Shown here piece after piece: positions 37,667 to 48,247 of a DNA stretch of 64,000 nucleotides; position 1 is the first letter of the stretch, and every line of letters starts with the position of its first letter. The translations under genes were made by a program, and so were the position numbers. Below the pieces are notes generated by a model. It made no database searches, had not been told where the DNA came from, and worked only from the letters and a program-made list of their open reading frames with translations. Origin of the DNA: Anaerolineaceae bacterium (GTDB lineage: Bacteria > Chloroflexota > Anaerolineae > Anaerolineales > Anaerolineaceae); contig JAFGXF010000135.1 of NCBI GenBank assembly GCA_016936755.1, forward strand, positions 28,323-92,322, given 5' to 3'.

Positions 37667-39832
37667 TCAGTTTGTTGTGTATTTTTTGCGATCTTTGATG
37701 GCACTTACGGCTGCGAAAGTGGCGCTTGTAACACCCAGCAATTGATCATATGGGATTGGTGGTTCTCCACCGGTAGCGATAGCGGTTAAAAAAGCAGACC
37801 AGGCTGCCCGGTGACCCTTATCCTGTCGCAGGAATTTTCGATATATTTTCCTGGAACCTTTCTGATACAACTCAAGCCTGCGGAAATCATCCAAAACAGC
37901 CACCCGGCCCCCACAGAAAACTTCGATACGTTCCTTTGGAAATGCCTTGTCACCGTTGGATAAATACATGATTGTGCCAAGGGAGCCATCTGAAAAGTTG
38001 AAAGTAAGAAGGATATTATCTTCGCTGTAGGTTCCGTTATCGGGCAGCGCCTGGGCGGTCACGTTTTCAGGACAGGCACCCACCAAATAGCACAGGTAAT
38101 CAATAAAATGGCAGGCTTCGCCGATGATCCTGCCGCCACCGGTTTCCAGGTCATTGAGCCAATGATCTTTGGGGAGATAGCCTGCGTTAATCCTGTAATG
38201 GGCAATCAATGGTTCTGCCCGCTGACTAATGAACGTTTTCAATCGTTGTGAGAATGGCGCAAAGCGGCGATTAAACCCCACCATCAATACCGGGTTCTTC
38301 ACGGATTTCAAAGTTTTCGTTATAGCCGCTAATTCATCTTTATTCATTGCCAGCGGCTTCTCACAGAAAACCCGTTTGCCGGCTTTCAAGGATGATATCA
38401 CCTGTCTGGCATGCAAATTGTGTCGGGTCAGGATGGCCACCACATTGATGGCAGGGTCTTTGATGATTGCCTCGTCGGATGTTGTAGAATAACCATACCC
38501 GAATTTTTGGGAGGCATTTTGAGCAGATAATCCGGTGGCTGAAGCAATAGCAATCGGTGCAATTCCGCCCACCTTCTTGACGATTGGCAGGAATACCATC
38601 CTGGCATAATTACCTGCACCCAACACCCCCAGTGTGGTTAATCCTGTTGGTTGAAGGAGCACCGCTGGTGCACTGGGATTGATGATGCGTTGTCCACGAT
38701 CATGGGCGGATTTTAACGCTGGATATTTGATCAAAACCCCAAGATAAGACTCCTTCTTTTTGTTGGTTATCAAGTCATATGCCTGGGATGCCGCCTGAAT
38801 ATCAAATCGATGGGTGATCAATGGGTGCACGTCCAACTGCCTGCTGGCAAGAAGCTCGAGGAAGGCTTCCAAATTGCGACCTTCAGTCCAGCGAATATAC
38901 CCAACCGGGTAATCAACACCATTTTCCTCATAACTCTGGTCATAACGGCCTGGACCGTAAGAGCGTGAGGTCAGGAAAACGAGCTCCTTTTCATAATATG
39001 ACTTGCGGGGAATTTCAAATCCGACAGCACCCACCGCAACGACTCTGGCCCGGTCGCGGGCGATGCTGCCAGCCAGAATGAGCGGATCATTGGATTTTGT
39101 ATCTGCACAAACCAGGACGGCGTCCACACCACGCCCGTGGCTGATAAAACGGGTGGTTTCTTCTGCCTGTTTACGCAAGCAAACCTGGTGACCGAGCTGC
39201 TTTGCAAATGAAACCCGAGCTGGGTCGATATCTATGCCAACTGCCTGACAGCCGGATGCGCGGGCAATGCCAAGTGTCAGCAATCCCAATAGCCCCAATC
39301 CGATTACGGCCAAAGACGAACCCAACTGAATATCAGCCAGCCGATAACCATGCATGGAGATTGCACCCAACGTGGCGAAAGCAGCTGATTCAAAATCAAC
39401 ATTGCTGGGAAGGTGTGCTAATAAATTTTGAGGCACGTTGGCAATTTCAGCATGGACAGCAAACCCGCCGCCTGCACAAGCCACGCGGTCACCCACTTTG
39501 AAACCTTTCAATCCAGAACCCACTTCGAGTACTGTCCCGGAGGAGGAATAACCAAGTGCCATGGGCTGCTCCAATTTATTGAAAGCAGCATCCATGGCGG
39601 TTAAAAGGCCTTCTTTTTTGACTTTATCCAGCATCTGGCGGGTCAGGTCAGGGCGGGAACGGGCTTTCCCTAGCAGCGATTTCCCTGCAAAATCAACTAC
39701 CATACGTTCGGTCCCGGGGGAGACCAGTGAAATGGCGGTTTTGACCAATGCCGATTTATCTCCCAACGCTGGTGGAGGTACTTCTGCAACGACCGTCTTG
39801 CTTTTTCGCATCAATTGAACGACCTGTTTCAT
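37667..39832 (-). CDS. bi-domain oxidoreductase (MDR/zinc-ADH-like fused to Gfo/Idh/MocA)
   Basis: N-terminal half has GDRVACAGGG and VIGLGLLG. C-terminal half has LGVLGAGNYAR, FCEKPLA and GFNRRF. Confidence 0.75.
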   Translation of the reverse strand: MKQVVQLMRKSKTVVAEVPPPALGDKSALVKTAISLVSPGTERMVVDFAGKSLLGKARSRPDLTRQMLDKVKKEGLLTAMDAAFNKLEQPMALGYSSSGTVLEVGSGLKGFKVGDRVACAGGGFAVHAEIANVPQNLLAHLPSNVDFESAAFATLGAISMHGYRLADIQLGSSLAVIGLGLLGLLTLGIARASGCQAVGIDIDPARVSFAKQLGHQVCLRKQAEETTRFISHGRGVDAVLVCADTKSNDPLILAGSIARDRARVVAVGAVGFEIPRKSYYEKELVFLTSRSYGPGRYDQSYEENGVDYPVGYIRWTEGRNLEAFLELLASRQLDVHPLITHRFDIQAASQAYDLITNKKKESYLGVLIKYPALKSAHDRGQRIINPSAPAVLLQPTGLTTLGVLGAGNYARMVFLPIVKKVGGIAPIAIASATGLSAQNASQKFGYGYSTTSDEAIIKDPAINVVAILTRHNLHARQVISSLKAGKRVFCEKPLAMNKDELAAITKTLKSVKNPVLMVGFNRRFAPFSQRLKTFISQRAEPLIAHYRINAGYLPKDHWLNDLETGGGRIIGEACHFIDYLCYLVGACPENVTAQALPDNGTYSEDNILLTFNFSDGSLGTIMYLSNGDKAFPKERIEVFCGGRVAVLDDFRRLELYQKGSRKIYRKFLRQDKGHRAAWSAFLTAIATGGEPPIPYDQLLGVTSATFAAVSAIKDRKKYTTN

Positions 39833-39969
39833 GAATAATCCTTGTAAATGGTTATCATATAGGTTGCTTGAATAATGTGAGGTTATAAAACAGATTATAG
39901 CCCAGTTTACGGATGGCTTAATCCCCTTCGATAGGTTACATTATAATAAAGTGAATATGCCAGTTGTAG

Positions 39970-41013
39970 ATGAAAATGAGTAACCAGAAATCGACTCACC
40001 CAGCAAAACGAAAATCTGTTTGGTATTGGATTATCGCAGCTGCGATGGCTGTCATCTTTCTGATTTTGGCTATCAGAGGAGTGTCCTGGGATGAGATGAT
40101 TCAGACGGTATGTCAGAGTGACCCGGGCCTTCTGGTGTTTGTTTTTCTGTTGATAACGATCAATCTTTTTTTCCGTGGTCTCCGGTGGGGAATTCTGCTT
40201 AGCGGGGAAAATCCAATCCAGGCGCTGACCATGTTTTGGGCCACGGCTGATGGGTATCTGGGGAATACGTTGCTGCCTGCCAGGGCCGGCGAGCTCATTC
40301 GTTCAGCCATTGTAGGCATAAAGACAGGCATTGGAACCAGCTATGTATTTGCTACTGCCATGACAGAACGGATTGTGGATGCTGTGGTACTGGTTCTGAT
40401 CGGTTTGATCCTGTTGCCGGGTATCACCGGTTTGCCTGATTGGGTGCCGACAACACTTCATGTAATGGCGGTAGTGGGCGTTATTGGTTTGCTCGTGATA
40501 ATTACCTTGCCTTACATCGAGCGAATGTTGCGGAAAATTCTATCAATCCTGCCATTTCCTGAAAGCTGGAAAACCAAGCTGGGTGAATTGCTTGGTCGCT
40601 TTGTGCTTGGTACCAGGGCTTTTATAAATCCCGTTCGTGCGGCAGGTTTCTTGGGGTTGACTCCCATCATCTGGATGCTGGACGGTTATATCACCGTCCA
40701 GGTGGCAAAAGCGCTGTCATTATCTCTGACATTGTCACAGGCATTAATACTGATGGTGGCTTTGGGTTTGGCCAGTGCCTTGCCATCCACACCCGGCTAT
40801 GTGGGCATTTACCAATATGTCGCTACAACCATCCTGCCGGTTTTCGGCATGTCTAAAAGTGAAGCGTTAACTTTCATCCTTTTGTATCAGGGTATGGCTG
40901 TAATGGCATTTCTCCTTTGGGGTCTTATCAGCCTGCCGGTTTTGAATATCAGACCAGCAGCCTTGCGGCAGCTGGGTGAAAAGCAATCTACAAATGAAAT
41001 TGATGTCAGTTAG
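39970..41013 (+). CDS. flippase-like / lysylphosphatidylglycerol-synthase-TM-type (UPF0104) membrane protein
   Basis: About 8 TM segments with the loop GNTLLPARAGELIRS, typical of the family. TATAAT lies at 39942-39947. Confidence 0.55.
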   Translation: MKMSNQKSTHPAKRKSVWYWIIAAAMAVIFLILAIRGVSWDEMIQTVCQSDPGLLVFVFLLITINLFFRGLRWGILLSGENPIQALTMFWATADGYLGNTLLPARAGELIRSAIVGIKTGIGTSYVFATAMTERIVDAVVLVLIGLILLPGITGLPDWVPTTLHVMAVVGVIGLLVIITLPYIERMLRKILSILPFPESWKTKLGELLGRFVLGTRAFINPVRAAGFLGLTPIIWMLDGYITVQVAKALSLSLTLSQALILMVALGLASALPSTPGYVGIYQYVATTILPVFGMSKSEALTFILLYQGMAVMAFLLWGLISLPVLNIRPAALRQLGEKQSTNEIDVS

Positions 41014-41040
41014 AATTAATTTATCAATAATGGGGCTGAG

Positions 41041-41589
41041 ATGATATTTACACAAACTGAACTGCCTGAAGTCATTTTGATCTCACCGGAAGTGTTTTCA
41101 GATGAACGCGGTGCTTTCTGGGAGGTACACCACCAGAACAAGTATGCTGAACATGGAATACCCGATACTTTTCTTCAGGACAATCAATCCATATCACGTA
41201 GGTCGGTCTTACGCGGATTACACTACCAGGTGGTTCATCCACAGGGGAAGCTGGTCAGGGTGGTGCAGGGCAGGGTCTTCGATGTGGCGGTAGATATCCG
41301 TAAAAGCTCACCGAATTTTGGCAGATGGGTTGGTTGCTTTCTGTCAAGCCGTAATAAACAACAATTATGGATTCCTCCGGGTTTTGCTCATGGCTTTTAT
41401 TCACTCAGCCGATGGGCGCATTTATCCTACAAGAATACTGAACTGTATTCCAGCGAACACGATCGCACACTTTTATGGAATGATCCGCGTCTGGGGATCG
41501 AATGGCCTTTAATTGATGGCAAGCCGCCATTCCTTTCCGAAAAGGATGCCAATGCTGTAACATTGGATAAAGCTGAGGTCTTTGATTGA
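41041..41589 (+). CDS. rfbC: dTDP-4-dehydrorhamnose 3,5-epimerase
   Basis: Motifs DERG.F, LRGLHYQ, KLVRVV.G.VFDVAVDIR, GFAHGF. Confidence 0.95.
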   Translation: MIFTQTELPEVILISPEVFSDERGAFWEVHHQNKYAEHGIPDTFLQDNQSISRRSVLRGLHYQVVHPQGKLVRVVQGRVFDVAVDIRKSSPNFGRWVGCFLSSRNKQQLWIPPGFAHGFYSLSRWAHLSYKNTELYSSEHDRTLLWNDPRLGIEWPLIDGKPPFLSEKDANAVTLDKAEVFD

Positions 41590-41591
41590 AG

Positions 41592-42677
41592 ATGAAGAAT
41601 ATTTTGATCACTGGTGGTGCCGGATTTATTGGTAGTAATTTCATACGATATATGCTCGAGATAGATCCTGTTGTACAGGTCATCAATCTTGATTTACTGA
41701 CTTATGCCGGCAGCATGGAGAATTTAAAAGACTTGCCTGCACCTGAAAGACATACATTTGTCGCAGGCGATATCTGTGACCGCGCGCTGGTCAATGGGAT
41801 CATGAATCATCACCGGATCGACACGATCGTTCACTTCGCAGCCGAAACACATGTCGACCGCTCCATTCTCGGCCCAGCTCAATTTATTCAAACCAATATC
41901 GTGGGAACATTCTCATTACTGGAAGCTGCCAGAAAATATTGGTTGGATGAAAATGCCATGCCTGTTGACACTGTTCGTTTCCATCACGTATCCACGGATG
42001 AGGTGTTTGGATCCCTGGAACCCACAGACCCCCCATTTTGTGAAACGACCCCCTATGATCCCCGCTCACCTTACTCAGCTTCCAAAGCATCATCCGATCA
42101 CCTGGTGCGGGCGTACCACCATACATATGGATTGCCGGTTACCATTTCCAATTGCACGAATAATTACGGACCTTATCAATTTCCAGAGAAATTAATCCCA
42201 CTCATGATCACCAACGCCATGGCAGGCAAACCCCTTCCGGTATACGGCGATGGGCAACAGATCAGAGACTGGTTGTACGTGGAAGATCATTGTGAGGCCA
42301 TTCATCACATATTGACAGGCGGACAGATCGGTGAGACCTATGCCATTGGTGGCGATAACCAGCCCACCAACATGACACTCATCAATCAGATATGCGCGAT
42401 TTTGGATGAGCGATTCCCTGAGTCGCCCAACACACCACATTCTAAATTGATCAAAACGGTTGCCGACCGACCTGGGCATGACCGGCGCTACGACATGGAT
42501 ATCACCAGGATTAAGACAGAACTGGGTTGGAAGCCGCGTGAATCACTCGGGTCAGGTCTGACGCGCACGATCGAATGGTATATGAATCATGCTGAATGGC
42601 TCAATGCGATACGTGGCCGTGAGGATTTCAAAGGATGGGTGGACGCCAATTACAATGCAAGGGAGTCAAAAAAATGA
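41592..42677 (+). CDS. rfbB: dTDP-glucose 4,6-dehydratase
   Basis: Motifs [37 protein letters not shown] 41592 preferred over TTG 41586. Confidence 0.95.
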   Translation: MKNILITGGAGFIGSNFIRYMLEIDPVVQVINLDLLTYAGSMENLKDLPAPERHTFVAGDICDRALVNGIMNHHRIDTIVHFAAETHVDRSILGPAQFIQTNIVGTFSLLEAARKYWLDENAMPVDTVRFHHVSTDEVFGSLEPTDPPFCETTPYDPRSPYSASKASSDHLVRAYHHTYGLPVTISNCTNNYGPYQFPEKLIPLMITNAMAGKPLPVYGDGQQIRDWLYVEDHCEAIHHILTGGQIGETYAIGGDNQPTNMTLINQICAILDERFPESPNTPHSKLIKTVADRPGHDRRYDMDITRIKTELGWKPRESLGSGLTRTIEWYMNHAEWLNAIRGREDFKGWVDANYNARESKK

Positions 42678-43546
42678 AGGGTATCATTCTCTCTGGCGGA
42701 CGAGGAACACGATTGTTTCCTATAACCATGGGCGTGAGTAAGCAGATGCTCCCGGTTTATGATAAACCGATGATCTATTATCCGCTGTCGATGTTGATGC
42801 TGGCGGGCATTCGTGAGATTTTGGTCATAACCACCCCGGAGGATCTGCCGGCATTCAAGCGATTATTGAGCGATGGCAGTCAATGGGGATTGCGCTTCAC
42901 TTATGCCGAGCAGGATCAGCCACGTGGGTTGGCGGATGCCTTCCTGGTCGATCGGGATTTCATCGGAAAAGATGAAGTCGCGTTGATCCTTGGTGATAAT
43001 ATTTTCTTTGGTCAGGGTTTGCCAGGCATTCTAAGGAAAGCTGCCTCGATAAAAAAGGGCGCAGTGATTTTTGCCTACCCGGTCAAGGATCCCGAGCGTT
43101 ATGGTGTGGTGGAATTCGATGACGACCAACTGGCTGTAAGCCTGGAAGAAAAGCCTGCTCAACCGCGTTCGCATTATGCGGTGCCGGGGATATACTTCTA
43201 TGACAGCCACGCACCTGAGATCGCGAGTGCGTTGAAACCATCCCCCCGTGGTGAGTTGGAAATCACCGATCTGAACCGCGTCTATCTGGAAAAAGGGGAA
43301 CTACAGGTTGAGGTGTTGGGGCGCGGAATTGCCTGGTTGGATGCAGGAACACATGAATCATTGTTACAGGCAGCCAATTTTGTTCAGGCGGTTGAAGAAC
43401 GCCAGGGGATGATGATCTCCTGTCCGGAGGAGATCGCGTACCGGATGGGGTATATCACCATGGATCAGATGCGCAAATTAGGTGAATGTATGGTGAGCAA
43501 TAGTTATGGTTCCTATCTGGTGCGATTAGCAAATACGATAAGGTAA
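42674..43546 (+). CDS. rfbA: glucose-1-phosphate thymidylyltransferase
   Basis: [18 protein letters not shown], with the start overlapping the rfbB stop (ATGA). Also [15 protein letters not shown]. Confidence 0.95.
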   Translation: MKGIILSGGRGTRLFPITMGVSKQMLPVYDKPMIYYPLSMLMLAGIREILVITTPEDLPAFKRLLSDGSQWGLRFTYAEQDQPRGLADAFLVDRDFIGKDEVALILGDNIFFGQGLPGILRKAASIKKGAVIFAYPVKDPERYGVVEFDDDQLAVSLEEKPAQPRSHYAVPGIYFYDSHAPEIASALKPSPRGELEITDLNRVYLEKGELQVEVLGRGIAWLDAGTHESLLQAANFVQAVEERQGMMISCPEEIAYRMGYITMDQMRKLGECMVSNSYGSYLVRLANTIR

Positions 43547-43551
43547 TAATC

Positions 43552-44418
43552 ATGCGCATACTTCTTTTTGGTAAGAATGGTCAACTTGGGTGGGAGCTTC
43601 AAAGAACTCTTGCCTGTCTCGGAAATATATCTGCTTATGACTTTCCCGAAGTGGATTTCACAAAACCGGAGTATCTGCGACCGATAATTGATCAGATTGG
43701 ACCCACATTGATCATCAATGCAGCTGCCTATACAGATGTGGATCAAGCGGAGAGAGAACCAGAGAAAGCGTATTTGATAAATGCGACATCGGTGGGTGTA
43801 ATGGCTGAAGAGGCCCATCGTCGAAAAATCCCTCTGATCCATTTTTCAACGGATTATGTATTTGATGGTGCAAAGGGAGCCCTGTACACAGAAGAAGATA
43901 CCCCCCGTCCAATCAATGTTTACGGCCAGAGCAAGCTCGAAGGCGAAAAGGGTATCACACAGGCAGGGGGGGATTACCTGATTTTTCGAACTAGTTGGGT
44001 GTATTCCTTGCGTAAGGGGGGATTTGTTAACAAAGTGCTCGAATGGTCACGCCAAAAAAAGACATTGCGTGTCGTTGATGACCAGATCGCCAATCCGACC
44101 TGGGCAAGAATGTTGGCTGAAATCACAGCGCATATTATTGGACCAGATATGGGGAGCATTCGTGATCATCCAGGCTTATATCACCTGGCAGGAAGTGGTT
44201 TTACCAGTCGGTATAATTGGGCAAAATCGATCCTTGAGTTGGATAGTCGCCGGAACGAACAAGTTTGTGAGAAATTACAACCTGCAAAAACATCAGATTT
44301 TCCTACCCTAGCACAACGTCCTCTTTTTTCAGCATTAGATTGTCAATTATTTTTGAATTCTTTTGGGACGCAATTGCCAGATTGGGAAGATGCTCTAAAA
44401 TTGGCTATGGAGCAATAG
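43552..44418 (+). CDS. rfbD: dTDP-4-dehydrorhamnose reductase
   Basis: MRILLFGKNGQLG, NAAAYTDVD, STDYVFDG, YGQSKLEGE. Confidence 0.93.
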   Translation: MRILLFGKNGQLGWELQRTLACLGNISAYDFPEVDFTKPEYLRPIIDQIGPTLIINAAAYTDVDQAEREPEKAYLINATSVGVMAEEAHRRKIPLIHFSTDYVFDGAKGALYTEEDTPRPINVYGQSKLEGEKGITQAGGDYLIFRTSWVYSLRKGGFVNKVLEWSRQKKTLRVVDDQIANPTWARMLAEITAHIIGPDMGSIRDHPGLYHLAGSGFTSRYNWAKSILELDSRRNEQVCEKLQPAKTSDFPTLAQRPLFSALDCQLFLNSFGTQLPDWEDALKLAMEQ

Positions 44419-44531
44419 GTACTTTAGAAGGCAAAAATGGGTCTCAGAACTCAGAAGGTCATCTTTATTGAGGGAATTATTGCATTTATCAATGAAAGCA
44501 AATTCCGATATACGCTAGCGAAATTTACTAT

Positions 44532-46766
44532 CTAATCCATCATTTGCATAATATTAACAACCCGGGACTCCCAAGAATTCTGGTGAATAAATCGATCAAT
44601 CTTTTCTGGATTAATGATCCTTGTCCTTGCCTTGCCAATTTGCATTAAAAAAGCATCACTGGACTCGGCTAGATAAACGGCGGGAATATACCTTAGAGGC
44701 GGTAGGTCAGGGGCGACAACAGGAACATGCATGGCCAGATATTCGTACACCTTTAATGGACTTGTCGCTTTGGTTACTTCCGATATTTTCCATGGGATGA
44801 TCGCTACGTCGGTATAGGCCAAGTAAGCAGGCAGGCTGGTTTGAGGTTTTAAGCCAAGGAATTTAAGGTTCGGAAGTCTCTTGGGGCATTGTTCCCGATA
44901 ATCACCAATGACGATCACGTTTGCCTGGTAGTAAGTACTGGCAATATTGATAAGTAAGTCCCAATCAAACCAATCCCCATATAATGCTCCCACATATGTG
45001 ATTACAAAATCGGATTCAGGTAAATCCGTAGGCAGTGGATGTTTTTTTCGATGATCGAAAAGCCGCAAATTTACAGCATTGGGTAACAAGTGGACATCAC
45101 GATATGAGAATTTTTCGAGTTTTGTTTTCAATACAGGAGCTGTGGCGGTTAATACATCTGATTTATCTATAATGGCCTTTTCAATATCCTGGCTGTACCA
45201 GCCCTCTCCCAGTTTGGAATCCCACTCATCGATCAAATCATAAGCGATGATGGCGCCTTTCGACTTTAATGCATCAATAATGGGGATCCATTTGGGGTGG
45301 GGCAGCTCAATAATCGCGCGGGTCGTAAATTTTGACAGGTCGATATCGTACTGATCACAAAAGGCGTTTACGGAGAACGAGTCGGCCGGGATGGTTATCA
45401 AATTAGGATGTTTGATGGAAATGGATAGATCGATGCTCTCGGACTTTGGATATATGTTCAAATAACAGACAATACATTGTTTACGAATAAGCTCGAGGGA
45501 AATCTGAGTGCTGCGGGCACCCCCACCGGTATCATCGATTGGTATCCCTGCAAGAATAAAATATAAACCTCTGGCTGACTGGATATGCCGCTTGATGACA
45601 TCTTTACGGCGATATGCACCGCGGATGAAACCAAGGGCTTCAGCTGCAAGGATACCAATCACAATAATGACTTCCTGAGCAGAATAGTGAGCTTTCTTAC
45701 TTGTTAGATAGGCTCGTAATATGATTAAAAGAAATACAAAAAATGACCCCGCCAGCAATAAGGGTGAGGTAATTATTATCCCGATAAGCAGCATCATCAG
45801 GCCGATTAATATGCCAAGGATTGTTTGAGATGAGACAATAAATGCATACCAGTAGGCAGAGGCACGCATCCCGGTTTCTCCATCACCTATTGACCAACGA
45901 TACATTTTTTTCCAGTACTGCCAGATGGTTTTGGGAGCTTCCCAATCCACCAGTGCGTCAGGGCAAAAGGCCCAAGATCGGCAGGTCCGTTTAAGCTCCA
46001 GGTCAAAATAGGTATCTTCTCCTGTAAGCGTTAGCCATTCCGGATATCCTCCCGCTCTTTCCCAAGCAGTGCGTGTAAAGGCAATAGACACAGAGGGCGA
46101 TAATATTTCTTGAGGATTTTTACCTAACAGCGATATCCATTTCCGCCAGCGATAAGGATTACCTTGATCGTTCACCGTGTCGTACCAGCCGCCACTGACC
46201 TCAGTCTCTGGTGCATGCTCGAAGGGAAAGATCAATTTTTCAAGCCAATCAGGGTGAGCTTTGGTCCCCAGATCCGTCACGGCTATATGTTCAAGTTTAG
46301 ATGATTGGATCGCCAGATTCCGTCCCTGAGATATATTCAGCCCTGGCGAGCAAATTACTTTAAATGGAACAGGGCTGGAAGATGAAAGCGTTTTAAGAAT
46401 CGTAACCGTATCATCTGTTGAGCCTGTGTCCACCACGAGGATTTCGTCAGGCAAACGGGATTGATTGGTTATCTGTTTATACCAATCGGGGGCTGTTAAA
46501 GCCTCATTTTTTGCTACCGCAATTAACACAACCGGTACCCTTTTCGTTTTGGTCATTTTGGCGGGGTTTATCCGCGGTTCATAACCGGGAAAAAGATCCT
46601 CGTGGTCAGTGTAAAGAGTCACCAATGTATTATCTTCGATGGAATAACCGTCATCAAATATCCGTGGATGCGGGATTCGTTTCAAACCCCAGGCAATAAG
46701 CCGTTTACTGTATCCCTTTAGCCGGCGTGTTATTTTCTGAAGAATCGTGGGCAGGTCTTGTGACAT
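44532..46766 (-). CDS. three-part glycosyltransferase: GT2 domain, central TM block, TuaH-like GT-B C-terminal domain
   Basis: GT2 region: VVLIAVAKNE...ILVVDTGSTDDT. TM block: AYWYAFIVSS...LLIILRAYL. C-terminal region: GALYGDWFDWDLL, LKFLGLKP...LPAYL, SPLKVYEYLAMHVPVVA. Confidence 0.7.
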   Translation of the reverse strand: MSQDLPTILQKITRRLKGYSKRLIAWGLKRIPHPRIFDDGYSIEDNTLVTLYTDHEDLFPGYEPRINPAKMTKTKRVPVVLIAVAKNEALTAPDWYKQITNQSRLPDEILVVDTGSTDDTVTILKTLSSSSPVPFKVICSPGLNISQGRNLAIQSSKLEHIAVTDLGTKAHPDWLEKLIFPFEHAPETEVSGGWYDTVNDQGNPYRWRKWISLLGKNPQEILSPSVSIAFTRTAWERAGGYPEWLTLTGEDTYFDLELKRTCRSWAFCPDALVDWEAPKTIWQYWKKMYRWSIGDGETGMRASAYWYAFIVSSQTILGILIGLMMLLIGIIITSPLLLAGSFFVFLLIILRAYLTSKKAHYSAQEVIIVIGILAAEALGFIRGAYRRKDVIKRHIQSARGLYFILAGIPIDDTGGGARSTQISLELIRKQCIVCYLNIYPKSESIDLSISIKHPNLITIPADSFSVNAFCDQYDIDLSKFTTRAIIELPHPKWIPIIDALKSKGAIIAYDLIDEWDSKLGEGWYSQDIEKAIIDKSDVLTATAPVLKTKLEKFSYRDVHLLPNAVNLRLFDHRKKHPLPTDLPESDFVITYVGALYGDWFDWDLLINIASTYYQANVIVIGDYREQCPKRLPNLKFLGLKPQTSLPAYLAYTDVAIIPWKISEVTKATSPLKVYEYLAMHVPVVAPDLPPLRYIPAVYLAESSDAFLMQIGKARTRIINPEKIDRFIHQNSWESRVVNIMQMMD

Positions 46767-46794
46767 TATTTTATGGAGTAGAAGAATATTGGTA

Positions 46795-48120
46795 TTAGCG
46801 GTGCTTATCGATCGTTGTTAGGATCTGCACTGCGCGCTGGTTCCAATCATTATCCCTGGCGGTTTGTTCTAATAGAGTAATATAGCTGGTATCCTTCTTC
46901 ATGGCAAGGGCTTCATCCAGTCTTAGGGAGAACTCCTGCATATCCCGACCAATCAACACACAGGAGTATTGAAGGACTTCCCTGAGGGGTGTGGAAACAA
47001 TCGGTTTCCGGCCTGCCATATATTCAAAAAGTTTCACCGGCGATGTTGACTCTGTTATTTTGTTTACCTTGAAGGGAAGTATGGCAACATCAAAATTGGA
47101 TAAATAAGCGGGTAGCTCAGAGTAAGGTTTCGGACCCAAATATTTCACGTTTGGCAAGGCGTACAGCCCGCTTTGGGCAAGGCTTCCATCATGGTCGGGA
47201 CCAAGTAGAACAAAATTAAGATCATGCCTTGCAAGTGCGAGCTGATGCATGAGGTCGTAGTCAAACCAATCCGCCAGGGCGCCATAATACCCGATAATCG
47301 CTTTGTTCTCTTTTTTGATGGCATTCATTTCAGCTGGTGTTATAGATGCTTTCTGGTTGGCAGAAGGATTGAAATGGAGGAAATCCACGCCATTCGGGAC
47401 GCAGAGGGTGTCAGGCCGGGTCGTTATCGCGTCTTGATACAAGCTTTGGGCTGTGGCCATCACTATTTTTGCCGACCATAATAATCTGTGATGCTCTTCA
47501 ACTAAAAGTCTTGGGTTGCCTTTAAAGGCGGAGATATCATCCAGATAATCGTAGATGATCTTTGGCTCATCGAATTTAATTAAATATTTCGCGTTCCAGG
47601 TGAGGACATAAAGGAAATAATTGGGCAATGCAGTATACAGTTCAAGCGGGCATGCGCTTAAAAACAACCGATTACCCAATGGTTTGATATATGGCTGAGT
47701 ATGGTTTGATAACTGAGTATAAAAGACAAGCGCGCCTTGATGGGCCAGGGCTTTTGCAAGTTGTTGTGGTCGTTGAAATAGTTGCCTATCCCAATCAAGC
47801 GAAGGCAGGAATACGATCACCCCCCGGTTATCTGGATTTGCAGCAAGGATTTGGCGCAGTGTTGCCTGTAATACAGGATATTGTGAAGATCGCCAGGCAT
47901 GGTATTTGTGGAGAAGGTTGGTTGAAGATTTCGTAGGTAACAGCAAACGTAATGATTTCTCCACAGGGGCATACTTTAATAGTTTTAATCCATTGAGGGC
48001 TTTGCTGACCAATATTTTGGGTGTGAATTGCATTATATTAAAATCCGAATGCCAGAGACGGATGAAAACAGGCAAATTATCGTAACGAACCTGATTCAAA
48101 AGAATTATATACGACCCCAA
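46795..48120 (-). CDS. glycosyltransferase (TuaH-like GT-B), paralogous to the C-terminal domain of 44532-46766
   Basis: Motifs GYYGALADWFDYDLM, VKYLGPKPYSELPAYL, SPVKLFEYMAGRKPIVST. Start uncertain (TTG 48120 or ATG 48033). Confidence 0.65.
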   Translation of the reverse strand: MGSYIILLNQVRYDNLPVFIRLWHSDFNIMQFTPKILVSKALNGLKLLKYAPVEKSLRLLLPTKSSTNLLHKYHAWRSSQYPVLQATLRQILAANPDNRGVIVFLPSLDWDRQLFQRPQQLAKALAHQGALVFYTQLSNHTQPYIKPLGNRLFLSACPLELYTALPNYFLYVLTWNAKYLIKFDEPKIIYDYLDDISAFKGNPRLLVEEHHRLLWSAKIVMATAQSLYQDAITTRPDTLCVPNGVDFLHFNPSANQKASITPAEMNAIKKENKAIIGYYGALADWFDYDLMHQLALARHDLNFVLLGPDHDGSLAQSGLYALPNVKYLGPKPYSELPAYLSNFDVAILPFKVNKITESTSPVKLFEYMAGRKPIVSTPLREVLQYSCVLIGRDMQEFSLRLDEALAMKKDTSYITLLEQTARDNDWNQRAVQILTTIDKHR

Positions 48121-48247
48121 CCAGGTCGTATAGATTGAATCCCTTTTACGATTCTATTGCATGTCTTTGATTATGAGACGGATAGAAGCAGGCTTGTTCA
48201 CTTGCCCAAAATTTACCATTAAGTTGCTGGTATTGTTATTAAAAGGT

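Noticed and set aside
39900-39950. A Pho box at the divergent glycan-island promoter.
   Set aside because: Only two degenerate hexamers (TTTACG, CTTAAT) are correctly phased, and their distance to the TATAAT (19 nt) is atypical. I kept it only as a test suggestion, not as a feature.
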